The notes beneath the pieces are model-generated. The model was given only the letters and a program-made list of their open reading frames with translations. It was not told the origin of the DNA and searched no databases. The translations under genes and the position numbers were made by a program. Positions 45,769 to 53,941 of a stretch of 60,043 nucleotides of DNA are shown here, piece after piece. This DNA is from a virus (lineage: Duplodnaviria; Caudoviricetes): positions 1-60,043 of the IMG/VR virus record IMGVR_UViG_3300036818_000078, one strand, 5' to 3'. Every line of letters begins with the position of its first letter. Position 1 is the stretch's first letter.

Positions 45769-46017
45769 TTGGGTAGAAATATGCACACAACCATAAAACG
45801 AACTGCGAAATGTCGGTCTATTCCCAGACGGGCCACACGTCGCAAGAGCAGGCAGTTACCGCATATTCTCAAGCATTTTACGTTTGTCATCATATGCCTG
45901 TCAATTTTTCTGTTTGTTCTATCAAGCGTGTTTTATAGCTCAGCACTGGTGTTTGATGCCATTGTGTTACTTGTAGGTTGCGCTGTTGTAGATGGGCTCG
46001 CTTTAGTCCTGCAATGA
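45769..46017 (+). CDS. Small two-TM membrane protein
   Basis: Basic N-terminus followed by two hydrophobic segments. Confidence 0.55.
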   Translation: MGRNMHTTIKRTAKCRSIPRRATRRKSRQLPHILKHFTFVIICLSIFLFVLSSVFYSSALVFDAIVLLVGCAVVDGLALVLQ

Positions 46018-46036
46018 AAGTCTGAAAGGATCATGT

Positions 46037-46073
46037 AAAAGCTCTGTGTTGGGATGTCAACACAGAGCTTTTT
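46037..46073. terminator. Intrinsic terminator
   Basis: AAAAGCTCTGTGTTG-6 nt-CAACACAGAGCTTTTT. Confidence 0.85.
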
Positions 46074-46139
46074 GTTGAACGTAAATTCGTTGACGACTCT
46101 GCGATGATTGTCCTAGACATCATTGGACAGGAGCGGACA

Positions 46140-46781
46140 ATGCACTTCTATAACGCTATACAAGCAGCCAAGTACATCGGCTGCGATCCTAAGACGGTAC
46201 GCCGTATGCTCAAACGAGGCGAGCTGACAGGGGAACGCACTGAAAGAGGCTGGCTCGCAATTCCAGGGGGTCAGGTTGAGTATGCGAAGATCAAGTGGGA
46301 AGAGGAGCAAGCCAAATTTGCACGCCCATGGCTGTCTAAGGAGTCATCAGGAGAAGTGCCCAGGGACGCATTGGACACATTAGGTAGGGACGACATGGAC
46401 ATCATCAGGAGAGTAGAGGCACTCGAGCAAAAAGTAGCTGAGCTAGAGAAAGCCTTGTCCAATGCGTCCCTACACGTCCCTACACAGTCTATGCCACAAC
46501 CAGCCACTTCTGATATCCCTCCCAAGACAAAGCCCTCAGCTCGCAACGTCGCCACAAGCAGCCCTATTCCTGATGGTTGGGTCCTCTGTAGTGACTTCTT
46601 CGAGGCACGCGATATCAAAGAGACGACCTGTAGACGCTGGCTCAAAGACGGACTTCAAGGTGAGTACTTCGAGTTCGAAGAAGTACCACGCCCAGGCCGA
46701 GTTGACAAGTATCGCTATTTCAACTCAATTCAACAGGAGAAAGCGCTCGAGCTACTCAGGAAGTACGGCAAGTTGAGCTGA
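46140..46781 (+). CDS. HTH_17-type DNA-binding protein with coiled coil and second HTH-like domain
   Basis: 'QAAKYIGCDPKTVRRMLKRGEL...GWLAIP'. Confidence 0.7.
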   Translation: MHFYNAIQAAKYIGCDPKTVRRMLKRGELTGERTERGWLAIPGGQVEYAKIKWEEEQAKFARPWLSKESSGEVPRDALDTLGRDDMDIIRRVEALEQKVAELEKALSNASLHVPTQSMPQPATSDIPPKTKPSARNVATSSPIPDGWVLCSDFFEARDIKETTCRRWLKDGLQGEYFEFEEVPRPGRVDKYRYFNSIQQEKALELLRKYGKLS

Positions 46782-46928
46782 TCACTTGGCCCCGTACGAG
46801 TCTCGAATACGCAAGAGGAACGTATTCACAGCAGCCTCCGCAGCACGTCTATTAATCTCTTTCTTCTCTTCATCAACAGTCCAGAAGCAGCGAGCCTTTT
46901 TTGAGATAATCATAGTGGTCCTTTCCTG

Positions 46929-47216
46929 CTACCAGCAAATCTCAATGAGATATTTCCCCTCTGGTATCTCTTGCCTTGCACAGAGAGCAAAGAGCAGCCA
47001 ATACACAGAGACGTTATAATTCTCGGTTTCAAAACGTTTTACATCTCTTTCTATCCACTCATCAAAATCTGCTATCCTGACATCGAAAACCTGAGCACTG
47101 TCATTAGACCAGCCCTCTGCTATTTGGTAGTCAGGCTTGTTGAAACACTCTTGAATAAGCTGCTCTGCCTCACGATATGATAGGACGTTGTATGCCTCTT
47201 GTTTGAGTTGTCTCAT
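46929..47216 (-). CDS. Hypothetical protein
   Basis: GAAAGGA RBS; ends 'IPEGKYLIEICW'. Confidence 0.6.
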   Translation of the reverse strand: MRQLKQEAYNVLSYREAEQLIQECFNKPDYQIAEGWSNDSAQVFDVRIADFDEWIERDVKRFETENYNVSVYWLLFALCARQEIPEGKYLIEICW

Positions 47217-47330
47217 GTGGTTATCCTTTCTCGGTCGGTTGGTGTATACTAGTCACAACGGTTTAAGCACGATGAAATAGCCCTAGTCGATTTTAACCCA
47301 CTTCAACTTGAGCTTCATCGTGCCAAGATT

Positions 47331-47984
47331 TCATCTTTTTTTCAACCATCGCTTAATACGTTTCACATCAGCAGTCTTAATGAATACACGGGTATCCCCA
47401 AAAAACTCATGTGTTTTAATGCCTAGCCTTTTTGCCCATCTACATAAAGTAGCCCTATTCACTTTTAATTCAATCGCTACTTGAGTTAGCCACTGATATG
47501 GAGCTGAACGTGGAATTGGTGGTCTTGGGACATATGGTATCACTTGGTTACTGGGTGAAGTTCTTAATTGTGGCTCATCTGGTTTTGCTGTACGGGATAG
47601 CAGATAGCTCCTCACGCGTTCAACTGTTTCCGGTCCAAGCACTCTAACCAGATCGTCATCAATGCGGTTTCTCTTTTTGACATTGCAATTCACACAAGCA
47701 GGCACACAATTATTAACATGTGTGCCCTCATGCATAACAGGTACAAAATGTTCTAATACTTCGTACGGTCTGAATAGGCAGTATGCGCACATGCCGTTAA
47801 AGTCTGCTACGGTTTGCTCCCATTCAGCAAGAGTTAGAGTCCCTTGCTTTCCCATGCGTCTAGCAATACCGACATGCGCTCTCACTCTCTGATAATCTGT
47901 GGTCTGCATGCTATAATATTCTCCTAAGTAGTCTAAGGGGTGCGTCATCAGTTTCCAGGCTAGGGCGCACCCCGGGCTATGCAA
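47331..47984 (-). CDS. HNH endonuclease with C-terminal HTH
   Basis: 'CAYC....LEHFVP...G.H..NCVPACVNCNVKK'; 'VAIELKVNRATLCRW'. Confidence 0.85.
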   Translation of the reverse strand: MHSPGCALAWKLMTHPLDYLGEYYSMQTTDYQRVRAHVGIARRMGKQGTLTLAEWEQTVADFNGMCAYCLFRPYEVLEHFVPVMHEGTHVNNCVPACVNCNVKKRNRIDDDLVRVLGPETVERVRSYLLSRTAKPDEPQLRTSPSNQVIPYVPRPPIPRSAPYQWLTQVAIELKVNRATLCRWAKRLGIKTHEFFGDTRVFIKTADVKRIKRWLKKR

Positions 47985-48183
47985 CGCTTTCCTCTACGAA
48001 CAAATCCCCAACCTTAGTACCTAATGCCCTGGCTATTCTTTCCAGTGCATCAAGCTTAACCTCGGTTGTATTATTAGTCCAATAGCGGGTTAGTAAAGGC
48101 AGTGTAACCTGACTCCTAAGCTGCAATTGAGAGCGATTAAGTCCCTGGGCCTCTGCTATTTCTTTTATGCGTAGTCTCAACAT
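47977..48183 (-). CDS. XRE/Cro-like HTH repressor
   Basis: 'LRLRIKEIAEAQGLNRSQL...LDALERIARALG...GDL'; divergent from the early rightward operon. Confidence 0.8.
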   Translation of the reverse strand: MLRLRIKEIAEAQGLNRSQLQLRSQVTLPLLTRYWTNNTTEVKLDALERIARALGTKVGDLFVEESVA

Positions 48184-48276
48184 GTTGTATCTCCTTTCTT
48201 GTTGATACAAAGAGGATACCACACAAACGTATTTTTGTCAACGTCGTATTCTTGTCAATATTCGTCTATAAACGTA

Positions 48277-48305
48277 TTGACAACGACGTTAGTCTAGGGT
48301 ATACT
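48277..48305 (+). promoter_or_regulatory. Rightward early promoter in a divergent switch region
   Basis: TTGACA-17 nt-TATACT; AACGTCGT/ACGACGTT inverted pair and AAACGTATT direct repeats nearby. Confidence 0.75.
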
Positions 48306-48347
48306 ACTAGTAGATCAAGAACACCACTACTCAGGAGGACAAGGACA

Positions 48348-48830
48348 ATGGCAACACGAAAAGCAATCAAGCAGGTTCAGGTACTTGCGAGATACGCCCA
48401 CAAAACAGACGGTCAACTAAACGGCATTGTAACGTATTGTGTACGTAGTTCAAACGGCAAGGACTTCTACTACACAACACTGGTAAGCGGACATGCGACG
48501 GGCTGTAGCTGTCCTAGCACACGCCCTTGCTACCATATGACTGGTCTAGAATGCAAAGAAGCTGGTCGTCCTTTCGCTTCCAAGTCGTTGCCAGTATGGG
48601 CCATGTGGTTGGTAGAGGCTGGTGTGCTGGCTGCTCCTAAGCACGTTGTAGAGATGCCTGCACAGGAGATTGTGCCACCAATTGCAATGGAACTCCCAGA
48701 GGAGCTGAGAGGGCGTGGGAAGAAGGCGATATCAACGGATCTCACACACAAGGGTACGTTGAACGGTGCTCAGCAGTCAGCGGGGCTGTTGAGTATGCTA
48801 CCGTCAAGGAAGAAATCGGAGGTAGCATAA
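48348..48830 (+). CDS. SWIM zinc-finger protein
   Basis: 'VRSSNGKDFY...GCSCPS...PCYH'. Confidence 0.75.
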   Translation: MATRKAIKQVQVLARYAHKTDGQLNGIVTYCVRSSNGKDFYYTTLVSGHATGCSCPSTRPCYHMTGLECKEAGRPFASKSLPVWAMWLVEAGVLAAPKHVVEMPAQEIVPPIAMELPEELRGRGKKAISTDLTHKGTLNGAQQSAGLLSMLPSRKKSEVA

Positions 48831-48831
48831 G

Positions 48832-49833
48832 ATGGGGGATGCATTAAAACGTTGCAATGTATGTTGTAGAGAGTACCCTGCTACAACAGAGTACTTTCAC
48901 AGAACTAAGGCTATGAGAGATGGGTTTTTCAAGCAGTGCAAAGAATGCAGAGGCAAAGCAGCCAAGTCGTATCACGCAAACCTTGCGCAACGTGAGTCAA
49001 TCCCATTGACTGATGTGCCTTCTGAAAAACGGTGCAATAAGTGCCACAATAGTTTTCCTTTGACAACAGACTTTTTTAACCGCAATAAAACCAATAAAAA
49101 CGGTTTTGCTAATCAGTGTAGGAGTTGCACAGGTAAGGAGAGAAGAAGAAACGCTGTTGTGAGATATAGCAGAGAAGGGTACAAGCTATGTAAGGAATGC
49201 GAAAAAGAGTACCCCGCTACTACTGAATACTTTTACCGTGATAAAAAGGGAAGAGAAGGGTTGCACGGCTACTGCAAAGGGTGCCAAAGCGCAAAGAGAA
49301 CTTTTACTCTTCCTGATGATACTACAGGAATGCATAAATACTGCACGAAGTGTCAAAGAGAACTACCTGCTACTACGGAGTACTTTCATCGCAATAATAT
49401 TGGAAAAGGAGGTATCAACGGTGAATGTAAGGCATGTAAAAAAGCTCATCAACAAAAACCAGAGGTAAAGAGGCGAATTTCTTCTCAAAGGCGTGTTTAT
49501 CGAAACCTCCCTGGTGTGCGAGAGCGACTGCGTGTTTACAGTCACAACAGACGTGCCATCAAGAAAGCCATCCCAGGTACTTATACCTCTGCTCAAATCC
49601 AAGATCAACTGAAGAGGCAAAAGCACAAGTGCTACTACTGTCATAAGCGGTTTCAGAAGATCAAGGATAAACATATCTACCACATAGAGCACACGTTCCC
49701 ACTCAGCAGAGTAGCAGGGACCGACATTCCTGCTAACAGCATCGACTACCTCGTGTTAGCATGTCCGCATTGCAATCACAGCAAGAGTGATAAATTCCCA
49801 TGGGAATGGGCAGAAGGTGGCAGATTGTTATAA
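48832..49833 (+). CDS. HNH endonuclease with four N-terminal zinc-binding repeats
   Basis: 4x 'CxxC..EYPATTEYF.R....G....CKxC'; C-terminal 'CYYC...HIEH.FPLSR...N...ACPHCNHSK'. Confidence 0.9.
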   Translation: MGDALKRCNVCCREYPATTEYFHRTKAMRDGFFKQCKECRGKAAKSYHANLAQRESIPLTDVPSEKRCNKCHNSFPLTTDFFNRNKTNKNGFANQCRSCTGKERRRNAVVRYSREGYKLCKECEKEYPATTEYFYRDKKGREGLHGYCKGCQSAKRTFTLPDDTTGMHKYCTKCQRELPATTEYFHRNNIGKGGINGECKACKKAHQQKPEVKRRISSQRRVYRNLPGVRERLRVYSHNRRAIKKAIPGTYTSAQIQDQLKRQKHKCYYCHKRFQKIKDKHIYHIEHTFPLSRVAGTDIPANSIDYLVLACPHCNHSKSDKFPWEWAEGGRLL

Positions 49834-49891
49834 GCAAACAAAATCAGCGCCTAGTCGTAAAGCGAAAGCTAGTTAGAAAGGACATTCTAAA

Positions 49892-50125
49892 ATGAACGAT
49901 TTTGAGGTCAAACTCATGAACATGGACGATGATGAGTATGAGGCATTTCTAGCAGAGTCGGCGCGTTACTGCGTCGAGAATGGACTACCGATGGCAGGAG
50001 AGGCCATGACGCAAGAGATGCAGGACTTGGAAGAGATTGAGAACAAGGACTGCTGGTCGCAAGAGCAGGGCATGCAGGCTCTTGAAGAGGCGATGTGGAA
50101 GAAGTATCAGGAGGACATCTCATGA
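49892..50125 (+). CDS. Small highly acidic protein
   Basis: GAAAGGA RBS; D/E-rich 77 aa. Confidence 0.6.
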   Translation: MNDFEVKLMNMDDDEYEAFLAESARYCVENGLPMAGEAMTQEMQDLEEIENKDCWSQEQGMQALEEAMWKKYQEDIS

Positions 50126-50414
50126 ACGCTTTCATCACGCAGCCTATCACGGCTATCCCTCCTGTACATGTTCTCACAGTGACATGCATGTGTTGCTGGT
50201 ACAGGATGCATCCGACGGCGGAGTATCCAAAGAATTGGAGTAGCACTCTGTGTACGGAGCATAAGGAGTGGTACAGGCAGAGGAAGTCCGGTGGGAAGGC
50301 TGGAAGATAACAGACAGCCTTCCCTAAGATCGAGCGAGATGCCGACCTTCGAACTCCGGCATCTCTAGTGAAATAGTAGCATAATTATTCAAGTAAGGAA
50401 AGCGAGTAAGGATC

Positions 50415-51329
50415 ATGGCATTCAAAAAAGCGGTAAAGTACGGTAGTTTTCTCAGAATGGCAATAGCAGGACCTGCAGGCAGTGGGAAGACTTGGACAGC
50501 TCTTACTCTTGCATCTGTGCTAGCTGGCGAGGGTGAAATTGCAGTTATCGATACTGAGCATGGAAGTGCTTCAAAATATGCAGATCAATTCTTGTTCGAC
50601 ACTCAAGAGTTGACCAATTTCAACCCAAACAACTACATGGCGGCTATCAAGGAAGCAGAGCAGGCAGGCTATGCGGTACTCATCATTGATAGCCTCTCGC
50701 ACGCCTGGACAGGTTCCGGTGGTCTTATGGAACAAAAGGATATCATTGCTAAGCAGAAGTATAGCAACAATGGTTTTTCAGCTTGGTTAGACGCTGGCAA
50801 GATTCAGAATAATCTCGTCAACACCATTCTGAGCAGCAAAATGCACATTATCGTTACTGTCCGCTCTAAGATGGAATACGTTGTCGAGCCTATTAATGGC
50901 AAGCAGACACCTCGTAAAGTCGGCCTAGCACCTGTACAGCGCGACGATCTCCCATATGAGTTCGATGTGTTCGCAACGATGGAAAATGACAATACCATGA
51001 TTGTTGACAAGTCTAGGTGTCCGCAACTATCGGGTCAAGTCATTGCAAAGCCAGGTGCTGAGGTTGCAACGGTGCTCAAAGCATGGCTTGACGGTGAACC
51101 TGCACCAGAGTTGCCTGCGCCAGCCCTAGCACAGGAACCCACTCCGATACCTGCTAGGACTGTCAACCCAGACGGCCCTGCTACAGAGCAGCAAATAGCC
51201 ACTATCGGCAAGCTTCAAAAACAGTTGGGTGAGGAGCCTGCAAACCTAGAAGGGCTTGGATTTGAAGACTGTGCCGCTCTGTTGAGAGAGTACAACCAAC
51301 GGCTGCAAGAGAAACGAAAGAGCGCATAG
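50415..51329 (+). CDS. AAA_24 ATPase, Sak4-like single-strand annealing protein
   Basis: 'GPAGSGKT', 'IDTE.GS', 'IIDSLSHAW', 'YEFDV', 'KSRC'. Confidence 0.85.
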   Translation: MAFKKAVKYGSFLRMAIAGPAGSGKTWTALTLASVLAGEGEIAVIDTEHGSASKYADQFLFDTQELTNFNPNNYMAAIKEAEQAGYAVLIIDSLSHAWTGSGGLMEQKDIIAKQKYSNNGFSAWLDAGKIQNNLVNTILSSKMHIIVTVRSKMEYVVEPINGKQTPRKVGLAPVQRDDLPYEFDVFATMENDNTMIVDKSRCPQLSGQVIAKPGAEVATVLKAWLDGEPAPELPAPALAQEPTPIPARTVNPDGPATEQQIATIGKLQKQLGEEPANLEGLGFEDCAALLREYNQRLQEKRKSA

Positions 51330-51609
51330 CAAGTAGTCGGGCTGCTCTCTCACGAGGGTGGCCCAGAAAGTGAGTTCGAGATGAGATATCTTATCCTCAA
51401 ATGGTCCATTGAATTGCGAGCCTTGCGTGTTCGCATTATCAGCAGGATTGTAGGTTATCCTACGGGATGTTACGCATGTGGCGATCCATCGTGCTATTCC
51501 TGCAACCTCGTGTATGAGGACGAATAGCGCAAGTAGAGGCTAGGTGGGTTGGCTCAAGTGCCTAAGTGCGTCAAATAGACCAACCCACTGCCATATCATA
51601 GCCAACCTG

Positions 51610-51641
51610 GAGCCTGATGTCAAAGTCAGGCTCTTTTTTTT
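51610..51641 (+). terminator. Intrinsic terminator
   Basis: GAGCCTGA-8 nt-TCAGGCTC followed by T8. Confidence 0.85.
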
Positions 51642-51814
51642 GTGCCCAGAAACAGCTCAATATTTCCGTAAGAAGTTACACAAGGTATCACTTGTCTCAC
51701 CTCTTGTCATCCTATCTTGATGTGTATCTCATCCTATGGTAAACTTGTTCCATCAACGAATATGTCTTCAGGACATAAAGGTAGCACATCGGATGACGTA
51801 ACACGGAGGTAGCA

Positions 51815-52108
51815 ATGTCAGTTGATCAACCGGAAGACGAGCAAGTAGAACGTCCCAAGTCCAATAGAGGCTTTGCATCCATGTCTAAGGAACAGAGAAG
51901 AATTATTGCATCAAAGGGAGGCAAGGCTGCTCATGCGCTTAAAAGAGCACACCAATGGACCCATGACGAGGCGGTGGCAGCAGGAAAGAAAGGTGGTGGC
52001 AGAACATCAGTGACGTATGCAAAACGGGCTGCATTAAGGCATGGTGGCTTTACAGATGAGGAGATACAAGAAAAGCTAGACAGTCTCAACAAGGCTATAG
52101 AGGAGTAA
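51815..52108 (+). CDS. KGG-repeat stress protein
   Basis: 'RGFASMSKEQRRIIASKGGKAAH...AHQWT.DEA..AGKKGG'. Confidence 0.85.
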   Translation: MSVDQPEDEQVERPKSNRGFASMSKEQRRIIASKGGKAAHALKRAHQWTHDEAVAAGKKGGGRTSVTYAKRAALRHGGFTDEEIQEKLDSLNKAIEE

Positions 52109-52109
52109 A

Positions 52110-52481
52110 GTGATGAGTGAGAATATTTACCCATTTCAACATAGCCCGTATGAAGACGGTCCTTCACCTGTCAACCCGTTCAAAGATGTCCTTGACATGA
52201 TACGGGATTCACAAGTGAAGGCTGCGAGAATAGTGGAAGCTACAAAGGAGCAAGAGGCAGAGATTATAGAAGCAGCAACACAGAAAGAGGAGTTACACAA
52301 GCATGATTACCGCGTGACAGGCGGGATGTATTTCGCTATACGATACTGCATAAGATGTGGTAAGTCGTGGCGATTGCCACTACGCTATGACGACTTTGAA
52401 GATCCTCCTGTAGCAGAGTGGGAGACGATTAGCGAGCCTGTAGACTTGAGTGTGCCTATTTTACCAGACTATGAGGGATAG
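52110..52481 (+). CDS. Hypothetical protein with H..CxxC motif
   Basis: GAGGAG RBS; 'HKHDY...YCIRCG'. Confidence 0.55.
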   Translation: MMSENIYPFQHSPYEDGPSPVNPFKDVLDMIRDSQVKAARIVEATKEQEAEIIEAATQKEELHKHDYRVTGGMYFAIRYCIRCGKSWRLPLRYDDFEDPPVAEWETISEPVDLSVPILPDYEG

Positions 52482-52484
52482 ACA

Positions 52485-52742
52485 ATGAGCGAAGATATCA
52501 CACAAGATCCTGAGTATCGCAAAGGATACGAGAGAGGCATTGAAGCATACAGAAGAGAACAGTCTCTAGAGGTGAAAGGGTTTCATGCTGGCTACAACGC
52601 ACTCAAGACACCTAAGACTGTAGAGAGTAAAGCTGTCCCTGACAACTCAGAACGAGGCTGGCCGTCTCTCTCAACTCTTGAGGAGAGAATTGACGAACTT
52701 GAGAAGAGACTGAATAAGCTTGAGTGGTACACTGAGGAATAG
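52485..52742 (+). CDS. Hypothetical protein
   Basis: 'YRKGYERG', 'GFHAGY' repeats and C-terminal coiled coil. Confidence 0.55.
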   Translation: MSEDITQDPEYRKGYERGIEAYRREQSLEVKGFHAGYNALKTPKTVESKAVPDNSERGWPSLSTLEERIDELEKRLNKLEWYTEE

Positions 52743-52748
52743 AGCCGT

Positions 52749-53405
52749 ATGAATGATCCATGGCAGGCTATCAGAGAGCATAATGCTCAATTGCGTCAAT
52801 CCCAATCTAGCAGATTGCAGCAAGTCTCCGATGCGCAGGACCTCAAAAAGAAAGAATTTGAATATCAGCAGGCTATCAGAGAGCAAGCGCGGCGTGAATT
52901 GGAGCAGCGTCAAGCAGAAGCAAGGCGCATTGTAGCGCAACAAGCTACAGACCGCAAAGCTCATAATGAAGCATCTCGCAATGCCCTACTGACTCAATCT
53001 GCTCAAGATTTGAGGATTGCACACCAGAGGAGTCACGACGCACGCCTCGTAGCCAAACAGAACTTACAGGAAAGGCAACAGGTTGTGAGGAATGGCAGTC
53101 CAATTGAAACCGCATTCTTTGAGGCATGGTGTGTAGCATATCCAGATATCACGCTTATTCGTCAACATCAGGTTCTCAAGTATCGACTAGACTTTGCTCA
53201 TCTAGACACAAAAATAGCTATTGAGTTAGACGGTCATAGTTTTCATAGTAGCAGGAAAGACCGCAATAAGGACTACAAGCGACAAAGAGAGATAGAAACT
53301 TTTGGTTGGTCTTTTGTTCGGTTCACAGGCAGTGAGATATTTCAAGATGTGGGTAGCTGTGTAGAGATAGTGGCAAAGCGCATTAAAGAGCATATGGCGA
53401 GGTAG
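52749..53405 (+). CDS. DUF559/Vsr-like endonuclease with N-terminal coiled coil
   Basis: 'SPIE...QHQV.KYRLDFA.....IAIELDG..FH.....D..RQREIE..GW..VRFTGSEI'. Confidence 0.85.
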   Translation: MNDPWQAIREHNAQLRQSQSSRLQQVSDAQDLKKKEFEYQQAIREQARRELEQRQAEARRIVAQQATDRKAHNEASRNALLTQSAQDLRIAHQRSHDARLVAKQNLQERQQVVRNGSPIETAFFEAWCVAYPDITLIRQHQVLKYRLDFAHLDTKIAIELDGHSFHSSRKDRNKDYKRQREIETFGWSFVRFTGSEIFQDVGSCVEIVAKRIKEHMAR

Positions 53406-53903
53406 GCATGGTCAGGTGAGGTAGCGTCAGGTTCGGTCTGGTTAGGTTTGGAGCAGCATGGTCAAGCTAGGTTTGGCAAGGTAGGCGGGGCACGGTAGGC
53501 ATGGTGTGGATTGGTACGTTGTTGCGGGGTGATGCGTGGCTTGTCTAGGTTAGGTATTGCAAGGTTGGAGCGGTGTGCCAAGGTGAGGAAAGGTCAGGAC
53601 TGGTGAGGTTTGGTACGGCGTGTCTGGGTGAGGATTGGCATGGTTGGTGAGGTTGGGTTGGGCTAGGCAGTGCGCGGTGATGCTAGGCCCGGTAGCGCAT
53701 GGCCCGGTAGCGCATGGCAAGGTTCGGACTGGTTCGGTGCGATTCGGTTCGGCATGGTCCTGTAAGGCATGGTTGGCAAGGTATCGTATAGCGCGGTACG
53801 GTTCGGTATTGCAAGGTATGGCGCAGCATGGTAGGCAAGGGCAGGCACGGTAAGGTTGGGCGGGGCACGGACAGGTATGGCAAGGTACGGTATGGCAAGG
53901 TTT
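53396..53903 (+). repeat. GGY-NN pentamer array (candidate non-coding guide RNA array, VIPR-like)
   Basis: Manual parse: 96 pentamers plus 7 GGTW tetramers; 67 pentamers begin exactly GGY and the other 29 differ by one base; last two bases vary freely; ends in a T-rich tract. Confidence 0.85.
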
Positions 53904-53941
53904 TATTTGTTTTCGATTAGTTCAAGGAGAGGTCTAACAGC

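Noticed and set aside
53635-53898. Three short ORFs over the pentamer array (53635-53853 +, 53663-53848 -, 53683-53898 -)
   Set aside because: Low-complexity translations of a 5-nt periodic sequence, no RBS; a 5-nt period with 4-nt slips is not codon-compatible
53396-53903. CRISPR array or simple microsatellite interpretation
   Set aside because: No 25-40 nt repeat with unique spacers; variation is concentrated in two of five positions rather than spread evenly. A pure G-quadruplex role is not excluded but would not explain the unit boundaries
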